64,000 nucleotides of DNA from Octopus vulgaris (taxonomy: Eukaryota), in assembly GCA_951406725.2 (NCBI GenBank), contig OX597823.1:35216001-35280000 (forward strand), read 5' to 3'. Under the pieces are notes generated by a model. That model made no database searches. It was not told the DNA's origin and saw only the letters and a program-made list of their open reading frames with translations. The position numbers were made by a program, and so were the translations under genes. The first letter of the stretch is position 1. Each line of letters starts with the position of its first letter. Below are positions 42,708 through 55,251 of this stretch, in pieces.

Positions 42708-44386
42708 TTTCTGTATCTCGTGTGGGTTAATGATATGTATAAGGGTGAAAAGGAACACACGAGTTGATATATATGAAAAAACAAGTAAAAAATAGAAAAT
42801 GCTAAAATAATTTTATAGTGAACATTTCAGTACCGGTTTCGGTCATTTTGAGACCTTTTCAACTGTAACGATTAAATAATTAAATTTAGAAAAATTAGAA
42901 GAAAAGTTTTTTTAAAAGAATATTTCTATAGTAGTGTTCAGATTTAAGTGGCATTCTGCCTTTCTCTGACTCCCTTGTTTGCACTTGTGTGTTCGAGGTA
43001 GTTGTGAGTTCTTGGTAGGGTAGTAGAGGGAAGGCTGGTGAGGAAAGGGGGTGGGAGAATCTGGGAGTGCCCTGATGGTCGTATTTTGAATGGTCAGTGG
43101 CGGCTGGCAGTCTCAGTTCAATTCAGGATTGTTTATAGAATTAGCGTAGGTGTTATACTAAAAAACATTAGTGACAAACTTAAGGGGTCCTTCAAACAGG
43201 GACAACGGTTTACAGTGAAAAGCAACTTCACATGTGCTTCGGAGAACCTAATATACTCACTAACCTGCTCCGGGTGTCAAGAGCAGTACATAGGCCAAAC
43301 AAAAAATGGTTTGCGTAAACGAATGGCCCTGCACAGATCCCAGATAAAAATTCCCCAAAACAGAAAAATAGCTTTTAGCCAACACATAGATACTTGCGCC
43401 AACAAAAAAACACCAAACTTCAGAATTTTCCCCCTCTACCAATTTAGGGACGATACAACCTCGAGACAAAGAATAAGTAAAGAAAATCTCTTTATTACAA
43501 AATACAAGCCACTTCTTAACGGGTCTACGACAAACAATTAATATACCTCAACTTTAGAATAAAAGAAAAAAATATATATACACACACAAATACTACACTC
43601 CATAGAATCCATTACTAATCAGCCCCTTCATAGCTATATTTACACCCATTCATATTCTCCCTTCTCTGTTTTTTTCTTCTTCTTCTTCTTCATCATCATC
43701 GTTATCATCATCATCGGCGTCATCATCATCACCACCACCATCACCACCATCTTCTCCTTCTCCTCTTCTTCTTCTTCTTCTTCTTCTTCTTCTTCTTCTT
43801 CTTCTTCTTCTTCTTCTTCTTCTTCTTCTTCATCATCATCGTTATCATCATCATCGTCGTCATAATCATCACCACCATCACCATCATCCTCTCCTTCTCT
43901 TCTTCTTCTTCTTCTTCTTCTTCTTCTTCTTCTTCTTCTTCTTCTTCTCCACCCCCTACCCCTTAAGTTTGTCACTAATGTTTTTTAGTATAACACCTAC
44001 GCTAATTCTATAAACAATCCTGAATTGAACTGAGACTGCCAGCCGCCACTGACCATTCAAAATACGACCATCAGGGCACTCCCAGATTCTCCCACCCCCT
44101 TTCCTCACCAGCCTTCCCTCTACTACCCTACCAAGAACTCACAACTACCTCGAACACACAAGTGCAAACAAGGGAGTCAGAGAAAGGCAGAATGCCACTT
44201 AAATCTGAACACTACTATAGAAATATTCTTTTAAAAAAACTTTTCTTCTAATTTTTCTAAATTTAATTATTTAATCGTTACAGTTGAAAAGGTCTCCAAA
44301 ATGACCGAAACCGGTACTGAAATGTTCACTATAAAATTATTTTAGCATTTTCTATTTTTTACTTGTTTTTCATATATATATATATA

Positions 44387-44431
<45 letters not shown>

Positions 44432-44434
<3 letters not shown>

Positions 44435-46011
44435 CAAAATAAGTAACAAGGATATCCAGAGATAATGCAGTACGATCGTTTCATGCCACTCCATTTAATT
44501 GAACAATGCAATCATTACATCAATTTAAAATGTAGAGCGATCTTCAGCTGCACAAAGATATAGAATTTAATTAAATTAGGACACACTAGTATAATTTTAT
44601 CCAAAATCTCCAAGAGGATAAGGAGATAGACAAAGAACATGTTTTACCAATTACTTGATTTTTTCTTTTTCTCGAATAGCTCCACCCTACTGATCTTAGT
44701 ATGTATAAAGATCTTTATATAAATAACCTCTCTAAATAAGTACGAATTAAAAAATATATATATCATGTAGGGTGTAATAATAACAATTTCTTAAACCTAT
44801 AATATAACCCTTAATTTTATAAAAAGATTAGTTGATAGTAAAAGTTTGCTCCATAACTTAATTATTTTTTTAGCCGATATTAAACATCAGTCTTTTATAG
44901 ATTTTATCTTGACAAGTAAATATAATTTTTAGTCTAACATTTTGAATTACTAAATTTTTTTCTAAAAATCTTCCCTATTGATGTTAACAAGCTAAATATA
45001 CCTTACCATAGTTTTAGTAAGTAAACCATTTTACACCTTTTCTATAATGTTCTACCAATGATAATTTTATTTTTAAAACTAGCTCTAATTAATTTATTTA
45101 TAAAATTACTCTAAGTCTTGTATCTCTATAAATTTCATACTCAGCTTATATAAAGCTATGCCGGTATATTCACTACTTAAAATAAAAAATCTACTTAGAC
45201 TAAAATTTTAAATATATAATTAACATGTTTGTTTACCTCAATTTTCCTTTATTAATACCACTAAATACAATTTAATCAATAATTAAAGATATATGTTAAG
45301 TTAGTATTTAAGTATATAAATATTGAACTATTTCTATATTTTCTGTCCCTCTATTGTGTAAAATTTTGATATATACTGAAAGAATTCATAAATATTCTTC
45401 TTAATAATCTTTGGAATAACCCTAAACGTTATCTGTATATATAGATCTGCATTGTTTTATAGTAGTTAACTGTAGCACTATATGATAAGACTTCCCCTGT
45501 CCCATTAGCATTGGTCTGCTTAATAGCAGCCAACATCTTGTCTGAAGTATTCTCTTACCAAACCTCATGGCGTTGCTTCAAATAAATCTTCATTTATGGC
45601 TATGCCATTTAGAAGGTCTATCTACTCTACCCCACCCCAAACTGATACTACCCTCTGTCGTCTCTCAGATTTGATAAACTAGTCTATAAAATAAAAACTG
45701 ACCCCCCGTAATTGAAACTAAATAACAGAAATAATCAGTGAAAAGCAGTGTCTTCTTTGAAAAAAAATTCAGTTACAACTGTGATGTTGTTGGTAAAACA
45801 TGTTCTTTGTCTATCTCCTTATCCTCTTGGAGATTTTGGATAAAATTAAACTAATGTGTCCTTCAAATTTAATTAAAGTCTATGCTTTTGTGCAGCTGAA
45901 GATTGCTCTACATTTTAAATTGATGTAATGATTGCATTGTTCAATTAAATGGAGTGGCATGAAACGATCGTACTGCATTACCTCTGGATATACTTGTTGC
46001 TTATTTCGATT
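44432..46011. mobile_element. Element bounded by ~220-bp inverted hammerhead-bearing repeats, with ~1.1 kb AT-rich interior
   Basis: ~44432-44650 is inverted at ~45789-46011; interior ~45320-45700 resembles ~18420-18880. Confidence 0.7.
45891..45977 (+). ncRNA. Type I hammerhead motif with long irregular stem II (mirror at ~44466-44552 minus)
   Basis: tgcag-CTGAAGA-...-GAAA-CGATCG-TA-ctgca. Confidence 0.65.
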
Positions 46012-46094
46012 TTAATCACCTTATTTTAAATTTTATGGATAATGCCATACTAAATTCTGGTGCCTCAACTTAAGTACCGTATTCATCTGAATCT

Positions 46095-46169
<75 letters not shown>

Positions 46170-46585
46170 GGATATAGAGATATACAATTGACATAATAAA
46201 AATTTATTTACATTATAATATAATATAATTATACTATAAAAGATATAATATAATATAGCAAATAATTAAAGCAAATATATATCCTAAAATTTCATTCGAT
46301 TTATATCCGCCAGAGAATTTATAAAAATTCACATTTATGCATATGGGTCACCTCAGGGTAATATTTGTCTACAAAAAAACCCCCCAGACAAAATGTCATG
46401 CAATGACTGCTAAATCATAAAACAGACTGATTTAACATATACCTATGTTTACAAGCGTGAGCATCAATAATTTAAAAATAAATTAAATAAGCAAAACAAC
46501 GACAATAAAATGTTCTTATGCATCTTTAATAATATTAATCTAAAGATATTTTAATCTAAAATAATCACTGCTCATATTTATTAAA

Positions 46586-46992
46586 TAGGCGTAGGAGTGG
46601 CTGTGTGGTAAGTAGCTTGCTTCCCAACAACATGGTTCCGGGTTAAGACCTACTGCGTGGCACCTTGGGCAAGTGTTTCCTACTATAGCCCCGGGCCGAC
46701 TAAAGTCTTGTGAGTGGATTTGGTGGACGGAAACTGAAGGAAGTCCGTCGTATATATATATATATTTGCATGTATTTGTGTGTCAGTGTTCGTTCCCCAC
46801 CATCGCTTGACAACCGATGCTGGTGTGTTTACGTCCCCGTAACTTAGCGGTTCGGCAAAACAGACCGATAGAATAAGTACTAGGCTTACAAAGAATAAGT
46901 TCGGGGGCCGATTTGTTCGACTAAAGGCGGTGCTCCAGCATGACCGTAGTCAAATGACTGAAACAAGTAAAAGAATAAAGGAATAAAAGAAT
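46586..46992 (+). mobile_element. SINE of the 17986 family, inserted in one copy of a local direct repeat
   Basis: Full head-to-tail match; the empty site is visible at ~47808-47815. Confidence 0.9.
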
Positions 46993-48399
46993 AGTAAAAT
47001 CTATATAAAATGTAAAAATTTTATGGTGGAGTAGGAAATATATTTAATTAAAAATTTCTATATACTATTATGAAAAAATAAAAGGATATATTTTATTCAG
47101 ACACTAAATTCAATAAAAAAACTTTTAATCAAAAATTTCTACTAATAAAAAACGTTAACAGTTCACGTTTTAACCGGATGAAGAAAACTAATTAGAATTA
47201 TGAAGACTCAAATCTACACTGTATATTCTATAAAAATCAAGCACTTCCTGTAATTTACATTAAGTGATTCCATATAATCATTTACTTATTTCAAAATTTC
47301 ACAAATATTTAACGTTTTCATACTTTAAAAAGTGTTTGTTACTTTTGTTTCTTTTTAGTTGATCTTTACACACATACATAAATACATACATACATATGTA
47401 TGTGTGTGTGTGTGTGTGTGTGTATGTACTTTATTTATGGGTATATATAAATATACACATATCAAAGGAAACAGAGAAATAAATTGACATGTTAAAAATT
47501 TATTTACATTATTATATAATATAATTATAATATAAAAAAGATATAATATGATATAATATAACAAAACAAATAAATATCCTATAATTTGTTTCGATTCATA
47601 TCCACTAGTGAATTTATAAAAATTCGCATTTATGCATATGAGTTTCTTCAGGGTAATATTTGTCTAAAAAATAAGATAAAATTTCATGCAAGGACTGCTA
47701 ATTCATAAAATAGACGTATTTAAAATATGCCTATGTTTGCAAGCGTGAGTATTAATAATATTAGTCTAAAGTTATATTAATCTAAAATAAACACTGTCCA
47801 AATTTATTAAATAATAAAATCTATATAATATGTTAAGAATTTATGGAGGAGTAGGAAATATATTTATTTGTAATATCCGAACTTTTATCATTCGATAATG
47901 AATATGCAAATCAGTTATTAAAACTGCATATTCTGAAACTCTTCAATGAGCGTAGTTTCCAAAAGTCAATGATAAAAGTGCACTTTTGTGTGATTTTCCG
48001 CAAATGTACGCTATACAAACAAAACTATAATGAACAATTTGCAAAGCAACCTGAGACAAGTTAAATTTTCTCACAAAAGATTTATTTCTATCATCGCAAT
48101 CAAGTTTATTATTGGTTTCCGACAGCTATACAGCATCAAAGTAACTCCTTTACTTCTTTCTTGACTTATATTTGCAAATACATTATTTGAGGTACATTTT
48201 CAGGTTTCCCAACATTAAATAACATCAACAACAAAAAACAAGTGAAATATAAATAGAAAATGTAGGAAACAATATTTCATCAACTTGGATCAAATATATA
48301 GTATACATTACATGTAGCTGCGTTAACCTAATGAAAGGTTGTTGTATATCAACACAGCTTCTTATCCACGGCTTATTGTCTTTAAAAACCTCGTAAAGA

Positions 48400-48650
48400 G
48401 CTTGGTTAAGGACCGCATCTTCCATATACTGAACCTAATTCTCACAAAAGAGAGCGCTATCTTTAAGTTCTCTTGTTTTCCCTACCCTTCACAATGAGTG
48501 TGAACACTTGCTTTGGAAAGATCTTCCTTAAATTAGTAGATAAGCTTTTGTCACGGTCACATAGGTATAGTGAATTATTCAAAAGACATAACTTAAGGGT
48601 CACATTCAGCTGTGCACTAACAGCTTGGAGACCGCTATCCTACATATGTT
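48400..48650 (+). pseudogene. Naiad/Nematis-like PLE RT C-terminal fragment
   Basis: FSLPFTMSVNTCFGKIFLKLVDKLL..H.YSELFKRHNLRVTFSC resembles the WFNPPF..V.TN.GK.FL.L.DKHF..KVSYSC pattern. Confidence 0.6.
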
Positions 48651-48759
48651 ACATTAATGATGATGAGAACCAGATCAGAACCCATACCAGATCGGTTAGA
48701 GATCTAGTCAACAAGGGCTTGGCCTTTCACTTCCTATTAAGGAGGAAATGATAACCTCC

Positions 48760-49360
48760 ACCCTAATAGCTGATGAACAAGGGCTATAGAGGACGAAGAC
48801 CAAGGAAAAATGTCACCCTCGGTACCAGGAATCAAACAACCCTCCGAGAACCAAGAAAACTTGAGGAACTAGCTCACTAAGTGAACAGATATGAATGGAA
48901 TATCACAATATCACTCATATGCGGTGGAAGAGATACGGCGAGAAAGCCAATGATGAGGGCCATATGTTCTATTATAGCAGCAGGAAAGACAAACATGAAC
49001 AAGGCGCCGGATTTCTCGTGAAAATAGTTACTATCAAGTCAGTAATGGGATTTCATTCCATCTCCAGCGGGAACTGCACCATACGACTGAAGGCATTACT
49101 CCTTTTCATCACAGTTGTCCAAGTATATGCTCTTACGTCGGACTACGATGACGAACAAATGGAAATTTCTTCAACCATCTCTAAGGAATACATGACCAAA
49201 CACCCAAGAAGGATATCGTCATTGTACTTGGTGACTATAATGAACACGATTTTTCGTAATGCGGTCTATATGGCTACCACCAAGTCAGTAATAGGATTTC
49301 ATTCCATCTCCAGCGGGAACTGCACCATACCACTGAAGGCATTACTCCTTTGCATCACCG
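48760..49360 (+). pseudogene. RTE-clade APE endonuclease fragment
   Basis: MRWKRYGE..FYYS..KHEQGAGFLV..TIRLK..ITVVQVYA.TSDYDD. Confidence 0.75.
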
Positions 49361-50559
49361 CATATGAGCGATATCGTGATATTCAGAACCTTATGAAGAT
49401 GTCGTAGGCACAAACACAATCAGGCTATACATACACATGTTGATGGGATGTTAGGAGTTTCAAGAAAGAATATAAAGAACAGTGGTAACCAATACGAAAA
49501 ATCGTGTACTAAAGATTACGAGGATCATGAGAATCCCATGTCTAAGTCCCCCATAAGGCCGGCAGCGTAGCAAGGTACCTCTCCATAATTCAGATATTTT
49601 GGAACATTTTTCTGTTTCTGCGTGTGCAGTAAATTCCTGTGTTGCTATGTTTAAGAAGGGGTTTACCATTATTTAATATAATCTCCAACTCTTCCTTTGT
49701 TCATAATCCACAGGAACACTTATATCACATGTAAGATATCGCATTTGTCAGAAAACACGAATTCAATCTAGCTAATTTTAGAATAATTAGCTAGTGATTA
49801 AGGTGCTTCCTGGTGATTAGGAGAGTGCCGTCCCTATTGCGGAATTAGAAATTTGAGTCTGAAATTAAGGAATTATAAGGAAAAGAACTCATATAACATA
49901 TTTGATATTATGTTTACTCATTACGAGGTTCTTAATACTTCTAGTCGGTGGTAATCTCGAATAGTACTATATATTCTTTTAAGAAATTGTCCGTATGATA
50001 TAACGTGTGACTTATTAAAGAGAAAGCTTATGAAAAGAAACATTTCATTAAAAAGGCAATAATTTCAATCTTGAGGAAATTCACGGGAGGTATGTTTGTT
50101 TATAACGTTAGTTTAGAAAACAAAAGATCAGAAAGCAAGTTCTGAGTGTTTACATGCAAAATGATAACTGTTTCCAGGAATGTGTGCCTTATGAAAATAT
50201 CATATTGTTGCCTATAATTTCAGTTCTACAAATTCACAAGCTATTTATTCTTTGATGCGTAGACATTCTTTCACAGTTACTGTTTTATACTATGTCGTGT
50301 ATTGAACTCTTGATCGATATATAACAAATGCTTAACATTTGTTTAAATAATTAAAAACCGCCAGTCACATGACATGCTCGAGTTTTATGTGAAATTGTTC
50401 GACTTTTTCCTATAAATTGCAATTAAATTAACCGGGGAAAAAACCATCGATTCTATCACCTTTTTGATTAGTTAACTACTTAAATTGTATCGTGAGTTAA
50501 ATTGTTTTCGCTGTTAATTTTCTGACATATATTCCCTTAGCAAAAGCATGAGTAAAAGC

Positions 50560-51860
50560 AACAGCAAAGTACAAAGAAAAGAGAGTTGGGGCAAGGATGT
50601 CATCCTACTTGACACCATTCCCTACAGGAATGGGTCCGGCCATGCCACCCCAACATTGACCCAAGCCTCCATCCCATCATGAAATGATTTAATTATAGAT
50701 ACAAAGTGACCCGGACATCCAAGTTTGCCATGTGTTTTCCATAGCAAGGCCCTGTTCACATTATCAAAGGCCTTGGTTAAATCTCTTGCATCCGACTTGC
50801 TGTGAAAATCATATCCATTGTCCCTCTACCAGATCGGAAGCTACATTGAGATTCGGATAGGACATCATTTACGAGACACCCATTCAGGCGGTTAAGAAGA
50901 ATATTTGCCAGAACCTTGCGAGTAGCCAATAGTAGAGCAATACCTCTGTAGTTACAACACATTGTTCTGGCTTCTTTTCCTTTATAGAGAGGAAGAATAT
51001 TTGCATCTTACTAGTCATTAGGCATTACACCATCCCTCCAGACTACAGTAATAAGTTAATGAAGAGACTGTATGATGTAATCATCACCAAATCGTAAAAC
51101 CTGAGCACAAATCCATCCCTTCCATGTGCCCTACCAAGATTGAATTTAATTATTAATGTCATTACCTCATCTATTGAGGGCGCGGTATTTAAGGAGCCGA
51201 TGATAGGTCTTTGCTGCATAGTATCAATCACTGTTTTATACACCACTGACTCATGGTTTAGGAGTCCAGAGAAGTGTTCAAAAGATTCCTTGGAAAGCAA
51301 AAGAGCTAATGCAGAGCTTTTAGGCCCATAAACTTGTTTCATAAGATGGTAAAGCTTCTTGCTGTCATTTGCATCTGCAGCAGCCTGAACATCACGAGCA
51401 AGATCCTTCCACTAAGTGTTCTGCATCTTCCTGATTTTTCACTGCTATAGTGGGTAAGTGATAGATTTCGCTGCACAGTTGAAAGTCCTCTGCGTAACAA
51501 TACATTGAGTGTATGGCGTTTTACAACAAATAGCCGCTGAACTTCAGCCTCATTTTCCTCAAAACAGTATCTGTGTCTGGCAGTAGCATATCCCAGTATT
51601 TCAGCAGCATATTGAAGAAGATGGTCTCGAAAATCTTCTCATACTGTAGTATTTTCAATGCTGGGCAAGCGAATCTGAAGCTCTTTCCTCAACACAACAT
51701 CATATATGTTGTGGATATTCAGACGCCGAGGAATGCCAACTGGCCTTCTTCTCTCTTTCACTCTAACCATCATCCGGAACTTTGCTCGCCCCAGACTGTG
51801 GTCTGTCCAGCATTCCGATCCATGAAAGGACTTGACATTACAAATGTCATAGATGTCACA
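50560..51860 (-). pseudogene. RTE/BovB-like LINE internal fragment
   Basis: CWTDH, EHFSGLLN, CCNYRGIALL..KVLANILLNRL, ESQCSFRSGRGTMDMIF, GVK.G region; fragmented. Confidence 0.8.
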
Positions 51861-52944
51861 CAAACCCCGACACTAGAACCAGCACTACCACCTCTAGCTG
51901 GCGTAACAGTAAAGCCAACAATAACATGAATAACAACACCCACACCTACAACAATGAGAAAACTAATAAGAAGACTGATAATAATAACAGTAGCAGTAAT
52001 AATAACAATAACAATAACTGTATTCTATAAGAATAATGACAATAGTGAGGATAGTAATAACAACAACAACAACAACAATAACAACGAAAACAACGATGAA
52101 AATAAGCAAACCAACACAAACAATACTGATAACAAACAATACTGATAAAAATACACACAGAAACACCACCACCAAGGCCACCACCACAGACATTTCCAAA
52201 CTACATCCATACAATGTAACTCCACATCACCAACATGAAAATAGTGCATCCATCGGTGTCAGTATCGCTAGCGATGTGGCAAACCTCAATTAGCACATAG
52301 AAGCTCGGTTAATAACATAGAGGTTAATGTATTATCAACGCATAGAACAGAGATGCCATCTAGATAACAAAGGCAACACATATAATAAGAGACAGACCGA
52401 GACTCAACTGAAAATACAAATGAATCATAAATACCCCCACCAGCACACTACGCAACACGACGACTTAAGACAGAAGTGGGAAAAAGACACAAACCAAACA
52501 CACTATAATACATAAATCCATATACACACTCACAAAGGAGACATACATATTTATGATGAAATAAAGCAAAAGTGATAAATAAATAAATAAATGAAAGAAA
52601 AATGTCACAAATACAAACAATATAGTAAGCAAACTCATATGTACACATACAAAACACAGTCACGTGTACACATAGTCACAGATACAGACACAAATGCGTG
52701 TGCAGATAAGGATACACACCATACAAAGACAGAATGGACTAAACAGGACAGGAGGAAACATGTGCGATAGAAGAGTTTCTGAAGAGGTCACAGGTGTGTG
52801 ATGAAAGATTTCCAGACGATGGACATAAGATAAAATAAGAACAATAATAAACGGGTGAAGAACGAATATACAACACCTATGTTTATTTGGCAAGAAAAAC
52901 ATTACCATCCTGGAAAATAACAATATTGAATTTCCTTTTCTTTT

Positions 52945-53330
52945 TTTCTTTTATTCTTACTTGTTTCAGTCATTTGACTGTGGCCATGCTGGAGCACCGC
53001 CTTTAGTCGAGCAAATCGACCCCAGGACTTATTCTTTGTAAGCCTAGCACTTATTCTATCGGTCTCTTTTTCCGAATCGCTAAGTTACGGGGACGTAAAC
53101 ACACCAGCATCGGTTGTCAAGCGATGTTGGGGGGACAAGCACAGATACACAAACAGATCCACACACATACATATATATATGTACATATATTCGACGGGCT
53201 TCTTTCAATTTCCGTTTACCAAATCCACTCACAAGGCTTTGGTCGGCCCGAGGCTATAGCAGAAGCCACTTGCCCAAGGTGCTATGTGGTTGGTAAGCAA
53301 GCTACTTACTACACAGACATTCCTGCGCCT
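52945..53330 (-). mobile_element. SINE of the 17986 family, antisense, with internal deletion
   Basis: Reverse complement of 46586-46992. Confidence 0.9.
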
Positions 53331-55174
53331 AACAAATAATATATTTGTATTTGGATTAACATCAAGCTTCTAATGTGTAGTCATTTTTGTGTTACACATA
53401 AATTACTAAATACAAACTTGATAGACAATACCTAATATATGAATGACCGATGAGCCACTGTCATTTAAGGTCAAACAGAAATACATTATCTTACAATTTT
53501 TTTGATACCCGCTTTCATTAAGCGAATTAAGAAGAAAATAAGGGAAGTAGAAATGATTATTATATAGCTGACACGGTAACAACGTCGGAAAATGAAGTCA
53601 GAACTGCCATATATACAAATAAATATAATAAATGCTCATGCAGAGAGAAATCAAAATACCCATTGCTGAACCTCTGTATGAGTACAAATCTTGTATATAA
53701 ATGTTCCATGCACACAAGGGAAGGGCCATATGCACACATGCACACAAGGGAAGGGCAAGCGGCGGTAGGGTGGAAGGCATACATATCTGTGTTTGTAAAT
53801 GTGCTTTCTTTTGTGTTTTGGTTAAATTCTTGTGGCATTTCTGTATGCATTCGGTGTGTGTAGGTGTACAGTATGTGTGAGTGCTTATATTGTAGTGAAA
53901 AAATCTATTAGGTGGGTGTCGTCGATCTGGCCGCTTCTCACTCACTACTTCTTCCCTCACTTTCTATTAGCTATACTGCATCCTCATTATAATTGATTAG
54001 CATATCCCAAATATTACATCAGAACTTTCTAGCTTCTTCTGCATTAGGTATCTCATCTTTAGTACTTCGTTCTCCACTATTTATTTGGTTATAAAATCTC
54101 CTCTTGTCTGTCTCAAATAATCTATTCTCATTATACTGCTCTATTCTTTTCTCATATCTGGAAAGCTTACCTGCTACTGCTATGATACACTGTTTCAACT
54201 CTTCTATGATTGTCTAAAATTATTTCTCTTTGACTAAGTATTTTTCTCAAGATAAGATTTAAATGTTTCCTAATTTGTTCAGTTTCGAAACTTCTATTCT
54301 ACTCAGATCTTGGTTTGAGTCTTTTGTTATATAAGTTTTTGTATTGTGTGTTGTTTGTGCAGTGCAGCTTTTGTTCTATTGGGTATCGGACTTCTATGGC
54401 ACATGTTGTGGGCTTTGTTCAATTTATTGTGTATTTAGTGTATGAGTTTATTCCCGTATATTTTTGGAGGAGTGTTGCATAATACTGCGTGTAAATCATA
54501 AGTCAACCATTTCAAAGTATTCATGGTTATCTGTCCATCGTTCTTTATTTTTTCTTTTGGTTGATTTTGATATGAGACCGTCTTTACAGGTGTTGAAAGT
54601 TTGATAATTTTCAGAATTTTCAACCAATTAGAAAACAGCGCGTTCGCTACCTCTTCCATCATCGGGGGCGGGGGTGGGGTCATCGGCATGTCAAAACATT
54701 GCTATTTCCCTTATATCTGCACACACATACACATATATACTCACACAGAGTTGAAACGCTCCCACTGACAGTTTGTCATAACCTCTTCCTTCCTTATTCA
54801 TTTATCACCCCTTCCTTTCTCATTCATATGTTGTGACGGAGAAAAGCAGAAAAGCACAAGAGTATTATTATAGTAAGAAAATTATCTTTCTCGTATCACC
54901 TTCTCCTCTTTGTGCGCAATGGAAACCTCTTTGGTTACTATGGAAACAGAGCTTTTCGCCACAGTGATGTGTAAAATACTCTCTTCTGATCGGCTAAAAT
55001 ACCCAAATTCTTGAAGCATGTCCAGTAAACAAGTGTCGCCTTAGTCTGCTGGCTGTGGACAGCTGACACTTTCCATCATACCCAGGAAATTAAGCTGTGA
55101 GGTTTCATTACATAACAACAACAACAACAACAACAACAACAGCAATAATAAAAGTAGTAGTAGTAGTAGTAGTA

Positions 55175-55249
<75 letters not shown>

Positions 55250-55251
<2 letters not shown>

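Larger units (their letters stand above)
38331..44375 (-). mobile_element. Intact Penelope-like retroelement (Neptune-type) with direct pLTRs and an upstream inverted 3' copy
   Basis: Direct repeats ~38331-38786 / ~42733-43188; ~43188-44375 is an inverted near-identical copy of ~38363-39533; (TA)n at both ends. Confidence 0.95.

Noticed and set aside
43038-43541. Stand-alone GIY-YIG nuclease gene
   Set aside because: GTG-started chimera across the pLTR/inverted-copy junction, identical to the ORF2 C-terminus
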